This document shows, in pieces, positions 50,783-63,519 of a stretch of 64,000 nt of DNA. The translations under genes and the position numbers were made by a program. The first letter of the stretch is position 1, and every line of letters starts with the position of its first letter. The DNA is from Ginglymostoma cirratum. Lineage: Eukaryota. Location: positions 8,706,139 to 8,770,138 of the forward strand of contig JAHRHZ010000013.1 in the NCBI GenBank assembly GCA_024137785.1, read 5' to 3'. The notes beneath the pieces were generated by a model. That model was not told the origin of the DNA, did no database searches, and saw only the letters and a list, made by a program, of their open reading frames with translations.

Positions 50783-51324
50783 GTAAATATTTATGTTCCA
50801 TATATATGTATTGATCCATGACAGTGTTTTTCTATTGAGATATTTGACATTGACTTTTAGCTAATGTAATCCATTCAGACGATTTTGATTGGTTTATTCT
50901 ATCACTTGGGCCTCTCAATAATATTTATGTTCTGAATTGTAAGGAATTTGAGCTCAATCTTGACAAGGATTGATAGCAAAAGCAGTTGATAGCAAAACAA
51001 GTTGGAAAGATTTATTAAGGATGAAAATACAAGGTTGACCAAACCAGACAATAATTTACTAGGTCAGTCAGGCCATATTTCCTGTATTAACCAATCCCTG
51101 TTTTAACCATGTAGACCATACTGGGACTGGTCATATGTTCTCTTGTTTGTAGTATCATCATCCACACAACTGTGAGGCTGTTCTTTGTGATGGTTCTATT
51201 CTCTGCTGAGGTAATGGTTTTTGATTCACACTTTCAGAGTTCCTGCGTGATTTTTGCCTGGTGAGTGGACCTAAGTTTGTGTAATCCCAAGTGTAAGACC
51301 ATCTGTGTTGATTCTTAGAGCATG

Positions 51325-52520
51325 TAATCACACAAAGGGTGGTAGAGGTTTGGAACTCTCTTACATAAGCGGCTGTTGATGCTATAATAGTTGTTAATTT
51401 TAAATCTGAGACAAATTTGTTTTTGGTGAGCAAAGGTATTAAGAGGTATGGGCCAAAGGCAGGTATATGGCATTATACCACAGATCAGTCAAGTCATTGT
51501 ATGCCAAAAAGGCTTGAGGGACTGAATGGCTGACTCCTGTTCCTATGTCCCCATGTGTTTGAACTGTGATGGGTAAATTGTGCCCAAAGTTGTCCGGATC
51601 TTCCCAAAAGCAAAAACCAGTTGAACTTGCAAATGTCCAAAACTGGTCCACCTCATCTTGTCTACTTCAAAAATGGAGCTCCAGTATGACCAAATCATCC
51701 AGGTATTACTGCTTTTATTTTTGTTAACCTCCGGGTCACTAGAAAGTGCTCCTCTATGTGGCACCTACGCCTTGGTCCATTTGGGAGGAAGAATATCAAA
51801 GAAGAAGTATATTGTCTAAATGATGAGAGATTGCAGAGTTTTTGAGATGCAGAGGGATGTTGGCATCACAGTACATGAATCATGATAGGCTAGTATGCAA
51901 GTACAACAAGTAGTTAGGGAAGCACACAGAATGATATCACTTACTTTGAAGGAAATTGAATATAAAAGTAGGTAGGTTATACTTCAGTTAAAGCATTGGT
52001 GAGACCACATCTGCAATGTTTTGCACAGTACTAATCACCTTATTTAAGGAAGGAGGTAAATGTGTTTGATGCAATTCAAAGAAGGTTTACTAGACTCCTA
52101 CCTGGAATGGGCAATTTTTCTTATGAAGAAAGGTTGGGCAGGCTAGGCTAGTACCTGTGGGGCTTAGAGGAGGAAGGGGCAACTTGATTGAAATACGCTA
52201 GATCCTGAGTGGCCTTGATAGGTAGCGTGTGGAAAGGGATTTCCTTTAATAAGAGAATCTACAACGAGGAGTAACTGTCTAAAAATAAGGAACCCCCTTT
52301 TAAAACACAGGTGAGATGATTTTTTGTTCCTCTCAGAGAGTTGTGACACTTTTGAACTCTCCCAAAAGGCAGTGAAAGCAGAGTCCTTGAATGTTTTTAA
52401 GGCAGAGGTGGATGGATTCTTCTTAGGCAAGAGAAAGTGGGATTGTAGATTTGAAATTACATTCAAATTGACCTTAATCATATTGAATGTCAGAACAGGT
52501 CAAGCAGTGTAGTCCTGTTC
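51325..52520 (+). mobile_element. Two CR1 3' fragments (51325-51560, 51770-52520)
   Basis: QRVVEVWNSL, ALVRPHL, RRFTRLLPG and AESLNVFKAEVD motifs. Confidence 0.75.
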
Positions 52521-52682
52521 TTTATTTTGTAACAGAATGCATTGTGTCAGTTTCAGCTGATTAGAACCAGTCCTCAAACTGCAATACCAGTACAGCAATA
52601 TGCCCCTCATCACATGTACACTTCTTAGGTTCGGAGATTAAGAATAGGTACAGGAATAGACTACTTCGCTCTTGGCCTTATA

Positions 52683-52780
52683 AGGGGATGGGTCTGGGTA
52701 GAATGCTCTGAGGGTGGGTATGGACTTGTTGGGCCAAAGGGCCTGTTTCTACACTGTAGGGATTCTATCATTCTATGATC
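52683..52780 (+). mobile_element. HE1 SINE 3' fragment
   Basis: gggatgggtctggg...cactgtagggattctatc. Confidence 0.75.
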
Positions 52781-53785
52781 TACCATTCAATTAGATTATA
52801 TCTAATTGATCATCTACCTCAATGTCATTTCCTGTTCCATCTCCATATTCCTCAATGTCAATAATCCTCGGAAAGCTATCAGTTGCTGTCATGAACATGC
52901 TCAATGATTACATTTCCACTTTCCACTGGGTAGACAATTCCAAAGTTTCACTGTCTTCTAAATGAAGAAATTTCTCCTTTTCACAGTCTTAAGTGATCTA
53001 CTCTTTATCCTGGGATTATGTCCTTTAAGTGGCATAAGAAATAGGAGCAAAAATAGGACATTCATGCCCTTAAGCCTGCCCTGCCATTCTGTAAGATCAT
53101 GGCTGATCTGTCCCAGGTCGTAACTCATCTTTCATGCCAACTCATCATAGCTTTAAACTCTTCGACATAACAAAAAAAAATCTATATTCCTTCTCATTAA
53201 ATACTTTCAGTTTTAGCCTGACCAGCCAGGCGAAACATCTTATCCACTCCCACCCCATCCTACTTTATAAGAGTAGTTGGTTAAAAGAGGTCAGACCTCA
53301 CTCTTAAAAAATCTGGAGAATACAGGTACACTGTCCTTATTAAACAATTCTGTCGCAATATTGGATTAATCTTGTGAACCTCCATTGCACTCCCCCTGTG
53401 GTAAGTACATTCCTCCTTAGATAAAGGGACCAAAACAGTACACAATACTGCACTCAGGTGAATTCTTAACACTTGTAGCAAGACATCTTTACTCTTGTAC
53501 TCAATTCTCTCCAATCAAGACTAACATACCACTTATCATCTTAATTGCTTACTGTACCTGCATGCTAACTTTTCATGACTTATGAACAAGGACATCCAGG
53601 TCCCTTTGGGCACCTGCACTTTCCAATGGCTCACCATTTAAGAAATAGTTTGCCTTTTTGCTTCATTTCTACCAAATTGAATAACTTCACGATTATTCAC
53701 ATTATAATCCAATGCTATCTTCTAGACTTATTCACTTAATTGATGAAGTAGACTCCTTACATCCTCTCACAATGTACATTCTCAG
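52780..53785 (-). mobile_element. CR1 fragments
   Basis: Reverse-complement CR1 tails and IEYKSKDVLLQ motif. Confidence 0.7.
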
Positions 53786-53786
53786 T

Positions 53787-54432
53787 CAGAGATAAAATGT
53801 ACTGCAGATGCTGGAGAATCCGAGATAACAAGGTGTGGGGCTGGATGAACACAGCAGGCCAAGCAGCATCATAGGAGCAGGAAAGCTTGATGTTTCGGGC
53901 CTAGACCAGGGTCTAGGCCCGAAAAGTCCAGCTTTCATTGCTGACTCATACTGCTTNNNNNNNNNNNNNNNNNNNNNNNNNNNNNNNNNNNNNNNNNNNN
54001 NNNNNNNNNNNNNNNNNNNNNNNNNNNNNNNNNNNNNNNNNNNNNNNNNNNNNNNNNNNNNNNNNNNNNNNNNNNNNNNNNNNNNNNNNNNNNNNNNNNN
54101 NNNNNNNNNNNNNNNNNNNNNNNNNNNNNNNNNNNNNNNNNNNNNNNNNNNNNNNNNNNNNNNNNNNNNNNNNNNNNNNNNNNNNNNNNNNNNNNNNNNN
54201 NNNNNNNNNNNNNNNNNNNNNNNNNNNNNNNNNNNNNNNNNNNNNNNNNNNNNNNNNNNNNNNNNNNNNNNNNNNNNNNNNNNNNNNNNNNNNNNNNNNN
54301 NNNNNNNNNNNNNNNNNNNNNNNNNNNNNNNNNNNNNNNNNNNNNNNNNNNNNNNNCATAGGAGCAGGAAAAGTTTTCCTGCTCCTATGATGCTGCTTGA
54401 CCTGCTGTGTTCATCCAGCCCCATGCTTGTTA
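53787..54432. mobile_element. Palindromic PLE family B sequence flanking the assembly gap
   Basis: tttcgggcctagacc/ggtctaggcccgaaa inversion at HHR stem II before the gap; cataggagcaggaaa/tttcctgctcctatg palindrome after it. Confidence 0.7.
53957..54356. other. Assembly gap (400 N)
   Basis: Run of N. Confidence 1.
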
Positions 54433-55136
54433 CCTTGTTGTAGTGTGCAAGCTTGTCCTGAAAGAAAGAAGCAAGTGTGTCCTGGTTAAAATAGCAAAAC
54501 GTTTTGATGATTTGTGTACCAGTGTAAAATAGCATTGCTGGTGTGTGAAAAGTGGTTGATGTAAGAGGAGGTAAAGGAAGTAACAGTGAGTAGGATAATT
54601 GATACAGGTTGAAAATACGACAGCATGAAAAATTGTTTTTGTTGGTGATTGCTGGTCATTGAGGGAGTAAAAGGTCAAAAATGCTGCAGCAGTTGTTGAT
54701 GTTGAATTAAGCAAAGAGTGATGAATAATACCAGTTAGGAAGCCTACCCTAGCTTAGCTGGTGAGGTCAGTTCACTTGCAGCCTGATCTGGGACAATGTT
54801 TCTGACACACCTGCACTTAACCACCCAGCCCTCTAATGATGCTTGTCTTGATAATTCTTTGCTATCTGTTGAACAGAACATTTTTTCCCTATCAACCTCA
54901 CGCTGAAACCTTCAGTGCAGTCTAAAACTAGAGGGGCTCTTACAGCATTTACTGTGTCTGGCATTGAGCAGTGTGCTTTGATAACAGTTGTGTATCTCTT
55001 TTTTAACAGGTGAAGAGTACTTTTAAAAGTCATCAGAAACATGAAAAATTTATGCCCCTAATTCAGGCAGTTACCATTGAAGAATGTGAATGGTGTTGAT
55101 GGTCTGTCCTTTTTACATAATTAATGAGGGACCAAG

Positions 55137-55470
55137 TGAGCACGGTGGCGCTTGTGGTTAGCACTGCTGCCTCTCAGTGCCAGGGAGCCGGGTTTGATTC
55201 CACCCTTGGGCAACTGTCTGTGTGGAGTTTGCACATTCTCTCCATATCTGCGTAGGTTTCCTCCCATAGTCCGGAGGTATGTAGGCTAGGTGGATTGCCC
55301 ATGCTAAATTGCCCATAGTGTCCAGGGTTGCGCAGATTAGGTGGATTAGCATTGGGAAATATAGGGTTACAGTGATGGGATGGGTCTGGCTGGGATGCTG
55401 TTCGCCGGGTCAGTGCGGACTCAATGGTCCGAATGGCCTGCTTCCACATTGTAAGGATTCTATGATTCTA
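55137..55470 (+). mobile_element. HE1-type V-SINE
   Basis: gcacggtggcg...gttagcactgctgcctc, V-domain, gattctatgattcta tail. Confidence 0.9.
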
Positions 55471-56949
55471 AATCGAAGGCCTTCTTTGCCTCCCTGTGAT
55501 CAAACTTGCATTCAGAGTGATATATGACACTGCATGAAAACACACTTCTATTTCATTTATTTATTGTAAAAAGCATTGTTTGCATAGCGTGAGGGCTCTA
55601 AGGCGCTCTGTTGTGAAGTAGTAGCATTTGGATTTGTGTTTATTCTTTTCTTGATCTGGTTTTTCATTGAGTTTTGATCAGACAAAAGGGATATTTAGCT
55701 GAAGAAATTGTTATCATTATTTCCAAGATGAGGTTAAATTTCAATGAACTGAAGTGGAAACGCATAGTAGTGTAGTTTGACTAGAAAATGTATATATCCT
55801 GCATCCAGTTGCAGTCAGCACAGCTTTATTAAAATTATTTGACTGCAGACATTAAAATATTAGGCAAAAGGGATAATGTAAATAAGGATTGTTTTTTATT
55901 TAGATCATTCTCTTCTCCAAATAGGGCAATCTTTTTCTAAATATCTCTGAGTAATAAATGTTATCATTTGGTAAGGACTGAAGCTATGGACAGCAATGTA
56001 TGTTAATTTACTTTATTCATAACAGCTGCTAGGTATTGGTGAGCAGCAGCAAAAACTAATGAAATTAAAGAATTAGGAAATAAACAGTTACAATGAGGAT
56101 GAGTACAATTATTAAATAAGATGAAATCAACAGATATAAAGATGAGAGAAAGTTTGGACAAAGAGAAAAGAACACAAAATAAAATGAGAAAAACTTTAAG
56201 ATTTGACACCTTTGAAGTCTCCTAAATCAATCTATGATCTAAAGCTGTAAGACTCTGCACTTAGTTACTCATTTTTTGGCAAAAGTACTTGATTAATATA
56301 TTAATGAAAGGCTACTAGACATAACTCTCTGTGGTGATCTTGAAGTTTTAGCTCGTATTTTAAACCAAGACTGCTACCTGCTCATTCAGCTACTGGTCAA
56401 TTTAAGGGTGTCTGCAGATATACTGCATGTCCCTAATCACTGGATCAGGTTCTTAAACACCTTATGTACCTGTCACACTCCTTTATTTACATCTGTACAT
56501 TGTAGGTTCTCAAAAACAGCTCTGAAAGTTCTAAACCCCTCCCTTCACATGTTTATTCTAGGCTGGTGTCCTCATGCTTCAGAACTGTGAGCAGTTATAT
56601 CATCAGGATTTACATAAATATCATTGCATCCTATCTCCTCATAAGTTGCTTTCACTTGGTCGACATTATTGCAATAATTTGGTCTCTATTACTTACATAA
56701 TCCTTGTAATCATTAAAACATAATTAAAACATCATTATTAACATAATTGTAACTATTTTCACCATCTCTATCTCATCTCCCACCCCATCCTGTCCCTCCC
56801 ACCTCCCCCAATTTTTAATCTCAAAGATCAACATGATCTGGAATTCTGACTAGACATTCCAATCTGATTCACTTGTGTTCAACACCAGGGAGATGGTATT
56901 GCATCATGTCTGGAATAACTACATCGCCTTATTTACCTGTTCCTCCTGA

Positions 56950-59900
56950 AAGTACCTTCAGGCATTCTGACAGTATAAGATTGTGATTGATCAATTTCTC
57001 AGACGATGATGGATTCTCACTTCCTATTTCTTAATAAGACCTTCTGTTCTGACTTTGAGGTTGACAGAGTGTTTGCCCTATGTCTAGAGCTGAACCAGCT
57101 CTGATGCTTTATTTGCTGTGGCTATTCTCTACTTAGTTTCCCTTCTTGTTGTCTTGAGAGATTATCTTTGTCTTAAAATTGTTTTCTAAAACTGTTTTGA
57201 ACATCTGTTTTACACTTCTGTATCTATTTTAACCTTCTTTCCATCAACAATTTAGCAGGGGTGAGTCCATTGTTTGAGCTAATTCCCAGTCTAGATTTTA
57301 TGCATCAGTGACTTCACAGTCTGGACTTCTCATTCCACCCCTTTGTTCAGCAAGGATGGAGTGCTGAACCTATCACCTGGTTGGTGTCTGCCTCCAAAGT
57401 AAACTTTCTGAAATCCTCATTCATGAACTGAGGTCCATTTTTTGATCCTCATTCAGGGAAAACATGTGTCACAAAGATCCTTTTCATTGCTTTGATCACT
57501 GAGTTTGCTGTGGTTGAGTGAAGTCTTGCCACTCCAACCCATCCTGAATAATAGTGAACTAGAACTAAATATATCTTTTAAAATCAAACAAATCTGTTGC
57601 AAGACTTTCCCATAGCTTTCCAGGAATGTTGAAGAATTCATTGTTCCCGTAGCATTTGGATGCATGGCACATGATTTGCATGACAAAATGCAATCCTGTA
57701 TGTCTATTGACATGCATGGCCACCATACTATGTATTGTTAACACAGTGTGGAGCTGGAGGAACACAGCAGGCCAGACAGCATCAGAGGAGCAGGAAAGCT
57801 GACATTTCGGGATGGGTCCTGACCCGAAACGTCAGCTTTCCTGCTCCTCTGGTGCTGCCTGGCCTGCTGTGTTCCTTCAGCTCCACATGGTTTTATCTCT
57901 GACTCCAGCATTGGCAGTTCTTACTGTACTACTTATTGTGCTGTTGTTACAGAGATGTCTCCCCTGAAGTTTCTGTGGGATTTCTCTTCACATGGATTTC
58001 GATATAACCATTTAATGGTTGTGCACTAATAAATCTTCCTCTATTGCCATGTGTTGTTTTGGTTGTGGCACCTTTTCACTTGATCTGCTGGACTACATTT
58101 CAATCAGCCCTGTAGACAGAGTTGTCTCACTTTTGTGTTCTCCTTGTTAAATCTTTGAGCTGCACAAATTTGTCTGAGTTTGCCTGAGCAGCGTTACATT
58201 GTTTGTTACAGCCGTAGAACAAGTCTTAACATCTTTTACAACATTAGGATATTTTACTGCTTGGTCCAATGCTGCTCTCAGGAGTATATTTGCCATATTT
58301 GTGCCTTGCCTGGAAGATGGACTATTCCATACACGTATCTCATAAGCCCAAACTTGAACATTTGTATGCTGCAAAACATTATTGTGATCTCTTTCAATCC
58401 TAATAACAAGGGTTAGCGAGGGCTTGTGGTTTGTCTTGACCTGGAATTTCAGTCCCATGTGGTAGTCTGCGAAACTTTATCATTCCCATGTAATTAATAA
58501 TGCTTCCTTCACTTTGTTTGTGTACCTCTGTTCAGCTTCTGTCAAAGCTCTTGATGTAAAATAGATTGGTATTAATGTTTCATCAGTTTGTACTTGAATA
58601 AAGAATACACCTAGGCCTGTGGATGATACCTGTATGGCTACCATACTGAATAAACCTTAGCAGTAATGTGCTAAAACATCAGTGGAAAGTATCCTATCTT
58701 TAATCCTTTTACAAAGTGTGGTTTGTTTCTGACTGCAGTGTCAAAGCCAACCATTTTTCAAAAATAATTCTAAGGGTTGAGCAAGACTTGTTAAGTTGGG
58801 GATAAATGTTCCCACTTGATTTACTATATGGTAGAATTGCTTTACGTCATTTATACACTTTGATGCTAGAGGTGTACTGGCTGTCCTCTTTCAGTCCACT
58901 GAGATGTATTGTTCATGCAGAACTTGTCCTAAAAATGTATAAATATATATAAATGCCATTCTAGAGAATTGATGTTTCTCATTTAGTGTAAGTGTCCTGT
59001 AATGCCTATAGTACCTTTCTGACAATCTGGTCATGTTCCTGTTCTGTTTTCCCATTTCCCATGACATTATATGGCAGTTAGTCTCCTGTTTCTCTTCAAG
59101 GGTTTTAGATGTTACCCTTTGGATATCTTGGCAGTGAGGAGATTGTGACCCAAAAGCTGGAACAAATGTAGTTAACAAACTTGAATCTTGGCCGAAGGAT
59201 ACCTGCCAGAACCCACTATTTGGATCCAGTTTTGTAAAAAAAAAACTTGCCTCTGTGGTGAAATGTGTACCATTTTTGGATTTGGTTTTCAAGATAGAAG
59301 CAGTTGGTTCTTGGTTATTTCTGTGAAAAGTTTTGTTTTTTTAAAGAGAAAGGTCAGAGGGGCCTTCTGGAACAGTGATTTAAATCCAACATGTTGCTCG
59401 AGAGCACATAACAGTGATATTTATGCAGTTGGTTTTATCATCAGCTGGGAAGATAACCTTTCCCAATGTTTTAATTGATGAAATAGGATGGATTTCCCTC
59501 CTTACTCTTTTTATTTAATTGACTGCGATCCACACACAATGTTAGTTCTCCACTTGTCTTGGAAATAACTACCAGCCCAAAGCACTGTGGTGTCAGTTAT
59601 ATCAATGGTGATGTGATGCTGCTTTTGATCATGTCATCTAACTCAATTTTTACTTTCCCAAAGGATGATAAAGCTTCCAGGGTGTACAAAAGCAGATGTG
59701 TTTAGCAGTATCCTACAGAATAACTCGTTTCAGTTTGTCTGAACCTTTAAATAATTTTGGAAATTCATGCTGAAGTTCTCTCCCATCTTCATCCTGAAAG
59801 TATTGTATCCACTCTCTCGAAGAGACCTGAATGCATTTCTATTCAGCAATGATGTATTCTGATTCCTCATGTATAATATTTCATTGACATTTTGTCCTGT

Positions 59901-61020
59901 GTGACTAAGCTTCATCTTGATTTGCCCACGCAAGTGAAGATCTGTGCCTTCTAGACCATGGCGTTTTCTGTTTGCTGGTCTGACTCTCTCAGACTTCACT
60001 ATGGCAAACAGTCTGTCAGTATCAAAACAACTGCCTCTGTTTCGAGTTCAGATTCTGTTTCAAACCCTTGTACCTTCAAGTTGATGATCCACAATTTGTT
60101 TTGACTCTCTGACCTCCCCTAGGAATTTGCCTTCACCTTTTGTTCTGTATCTGTAACTTTTTGAACTTTTTCCTTGTCACATGCCTTCTGTTTCTGTAGA
60201 AATTTTCCTTTTGGAGAACCTTTTCTTTGTTTTTGAGGTGATGAAGGTGCCATTAACTTAGAATATTTTAAAAGTGCCCCAGCTGACCACATATGTAACT
60301 CTGACCTTCCCCTCATTACGCTTGTTTTTCAGTTTGAAGTTGCATAATGCACAACCCATTATGTCAATAATGTTGGTTCCCTCTCTTTTGGCTTTTATGG
60401 AGGATCATAACACCTCCTTGGAGCCTACTCATTTGAAGCTCTCACAAGAATTCCAGATGTTTCCTCACAATACTGGCTGATATTGGGCCCTGATTTCTGC
60501 CTAGATAGCAAATTGGATTGCCTCTCCAACATTAAATTTCCTTTGAAGAAAGTCTGACAACTTCTCTGACAAGCCTCACTCTAATTACTCTACAGTCTTG
60601 ACCTAGTTTATCCTTCAAAGGCTCTGTACCTGTAACATGCTGCTTGATGACATAAATCCACTACAAAGACATCCATTGATTCACCTAAATGCCGAGATTA
60701 CTGGTTAAACCTTGCCCATCTACCAATAAATCTCCTTTCTGGCTGAAATTCATGTCAAAGGACTTCATCAATACATCATACTCCATGGTGCTTTCTTCCA
60801 TGCTTTGTCTTACATGAATATCATTAGCTATTGGATCCACAACATAATGAAACATGCTGACTCAATGACACTGATCCATTGTGTATAAGCCTGAAGACGT
60901 TCTGTTGCACTGAAACTGCCATTTCCAGAACTCCCACTTCTGGTCTCATTAAAAGCCTTCCAACTTATTAAATAAATGAGGTAGTGGCAAGGTCTCTACT
61001 GGAGTTGCCATCTCTATGGA
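56950..61020 (-). mobile_element. Decayed Gypsy LTR retrotransposon internal region (gag, RT, RNase H, integrase)
   Basis: RWARFNQ...GESMDVFV (gag); FTKLDPNSGFWQV...LLTTFVPAFG (RT); SRALTEAEQRY...FQVKTNHKP (RNase H); WESLATDLFDF and NGPQF (integrase); LTRs not located. Confidence 0.85.
57739..57926. mobile_element. 188-bp hairpin PLE family B insert in the Gypsy integrase
   Basis: About 65-bp near-perfect inverted arms joined at HHR stem II (tttcggg atgggtcctga cccgaaa); 13-bp TSD tactatgtattgt/tactacttattgt. Confidence 0.85.
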
Positions 61021-61129
61021 CTATTGCATCGAACTGACTTGGGTGAGTACTTTGGATTTTCCTTCTTACCAAGTTCTGATTATGCATTTTTATTATTTTG
61101 TTATTCAAATGGTGTATCTCAGGCTGCTC

Positions 61130-62535
61130 TAGAGGAAAGGATTTGCGGGGGCTCTGACATTAAATTTCAAATCCTCTTTGAACACAGGAGAGATGTCAGA
61201 AGACCCAAGGGTGCATAAATTGACACCAATGTTCATGAAGGATAGTAGAGATAACCAGGAAGCTGTAGAACAGTCTAGTTTTAGGGACACTATTGGAAAA
61301 AAATTCTGAGGGACAGAAGTAAACTTCATGTAGAGAAGAGGCAAGAATTAATCAAGGACAGTCAGTATGGCTTTGTCAAGGGGATCATGTTTTACAGCTT
61401 TGGTTGAGGTTTCTGACAATGTGATTATATGTGTGAAAGAGGGTAGTGTAGTGGATGAAGTCTACGTGGACTTCAGTTAGGCTTTTGACAAGGTCTCGTT
61501 TGGGAGACTGCTCAAAAAGGCAAGAGTACACGGCTTGCAGAGCAATTTGACAAACCAGATCCAAAATTGGCTTAGTGGTAGTAGGCAGAGGATGATAGGC
61601 GAATGTTGTTTTAGAGCATGGAAGGGTGTGTCTGGTGGTGTTCAGCAGTGTTTTTTATGCTGGGTCCCTTGCTGTTTGTATTGTACATTAATGGTCTAGG
61701 CATGAATCTAGGAAGTTTGATCGGTAAGTTTGTAAATGACACTAAAAATGGTGGTGTAGTAAACAGTGAGGAGGAAAGCCTTACACCATAGGATGATATA
61801 TTCAAGTTGGTCGGAGAAGCAGATCAATGGTAAATGGAACTTAATTTTGCGTAGTAAAATTATGCATTTTGGGAGGGCTAACAAGGCAAGGGAGTGCACG
61901 ATGAATGGTAGAACACTAGGAATTGTAGGAAATCTACATTAAAACTAGGAAAAGAGGTACCTTGGTATGTATGCCCATAGATCTTTGAAGGCAGCAGGGC
62001 AGGTGGATAGGATAGTTAAGGCAGAGGGGACTCTGCAGTTCTGGTCACCATACTATGGGAAGGATGTGAGACTAGTGAGAGTACAGAGGAGATTTGCTAT
62101 GTATCACCTGGGCGGGAGGATTTCAGCTCTGTAGAGCAATGAAATAGGCTGAGGTTGTTTTCTTTGAGCAGCAATGGATGACTGGCAACCTGATTGAAGT
62201 GTACAAAATTATGACAAGCATAGATAGGGTACATGGAAGAAATGTTTCTTCTTGGAGGGATCACTAACCAGAATTATAAATTTAAGGTAAAGGGCAGGAA
62301 GTTTAGAGGGTACTTATGGTAGCTTTTACTTTCAGCCAGTGGGTGGTGGGTATGTGGAAGTCACTACCTGAAAGGGAAGTAGAGACAGTAAGCACCAGAA
62401 CATTTAAGAAGCATTTAGGTGATCACTTAAAAGTATCATAGCACCGAAAGCAATGGGGAAAGTGATGGACAGTGGGACTAGGACAGCCTTGGACATGATG
62501 GGCAGAAGGGCCTCTTTCCATGCTGTAAATCTCTG
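61130..62535 (+). mobile_element. CR1 LINE RT to 3' end (old)
   Basis: SQYGFVKG, VYVDFS*AFDKV, KFVNDTKNGG and LIEVYKIM motifs. Confidence 0.85.
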
Positions 62536-63519
62536 GTCTTACAACTCTAAGCTGTTTAATTGGACAGTTAAATGTTTTGTGTGCTCAAACTAGACCCGTG
62601 CCAGTTACGATGTATGAGAACTGAGTGCTATGATGAAGCATGCTACTGTTTAAGAAGCCTTGATAGCAAATGGAAATTTAGTTCATGAAAATGTGCAATC
62701 CAGTTTCCAGCCTTTTATGTCCCAAAAGACATGAAGCTAATCCTTTCTAGCAGTGTTACACTCATATCAATAATCTGGATGTCTATTTAAGCACAGCAGC
62801 ATTTATTATATTTTTCATGGTAAAGTGTATTAAATGTTGTCCATTGTCCTAGGAAACCAAGAAAAGAAAGGTACTAAAAGTGTCTTGGCTGTTGAAACAT
62901 TGGTGCTCATAAAAACTATGGATACAGCATTCTAAAGGAAATCCTTTACAGAAGGAAATTTGACAGAAGTTTTGTCATTGAATGTTTTCTGGATAATCTT
63001 TTTCTTTGGGACAGTGTACTTTCAACAAAGGATGTTTCTGAGAAAAGGCTTAGGATTGACTTTGCTGGCATAAAAGAAATGCTGGAGAAAAATGATTGTC
63101 AAAATGAGGTAGATTGACACAAGTCAGAGGTACAAGAAATCATCAGAAATCCTCAAAGTGTGACGCATGGTAAAATTGGAGTTAAATGATTAATTAATTG
63201 ACTGGATAGATATAGGGAGTGGGCGATCATATAACACTGTTGAGTGGAAAGAGCTTTGAGACAGAGTAGTCAATAAACCTATTCACAAGGAAAGATGTCT
63301 TGATTTTTGTCTCACTGACTGACTTAGATCCAAGTTGACATTCAGAGTCTTCTTTTTTCAACTGTCCTTGAGACTTAGATTTAACATCAGACCCTGGCTC
63401 TGCAGCACCTTTCCCGAGCTACAACCGTGCTCTGTCTTGTACTTTAAACTAATCACAGTCTCTGTACATTGAAATATCAGTCTAGACTATCTGAAGGTGG
63501 CTACACAAACACTGTTTGT

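Noticed and set aside
50594-50821. 75-aa ORF as a stand-alone small protein
   Set aside because: Only 50633-50782 is ADCY2-like; the flanks are intronic read-through.
53786-54535. Long ORFs containing X runs
   Set aside because: Artefacts of translating through the N gap.
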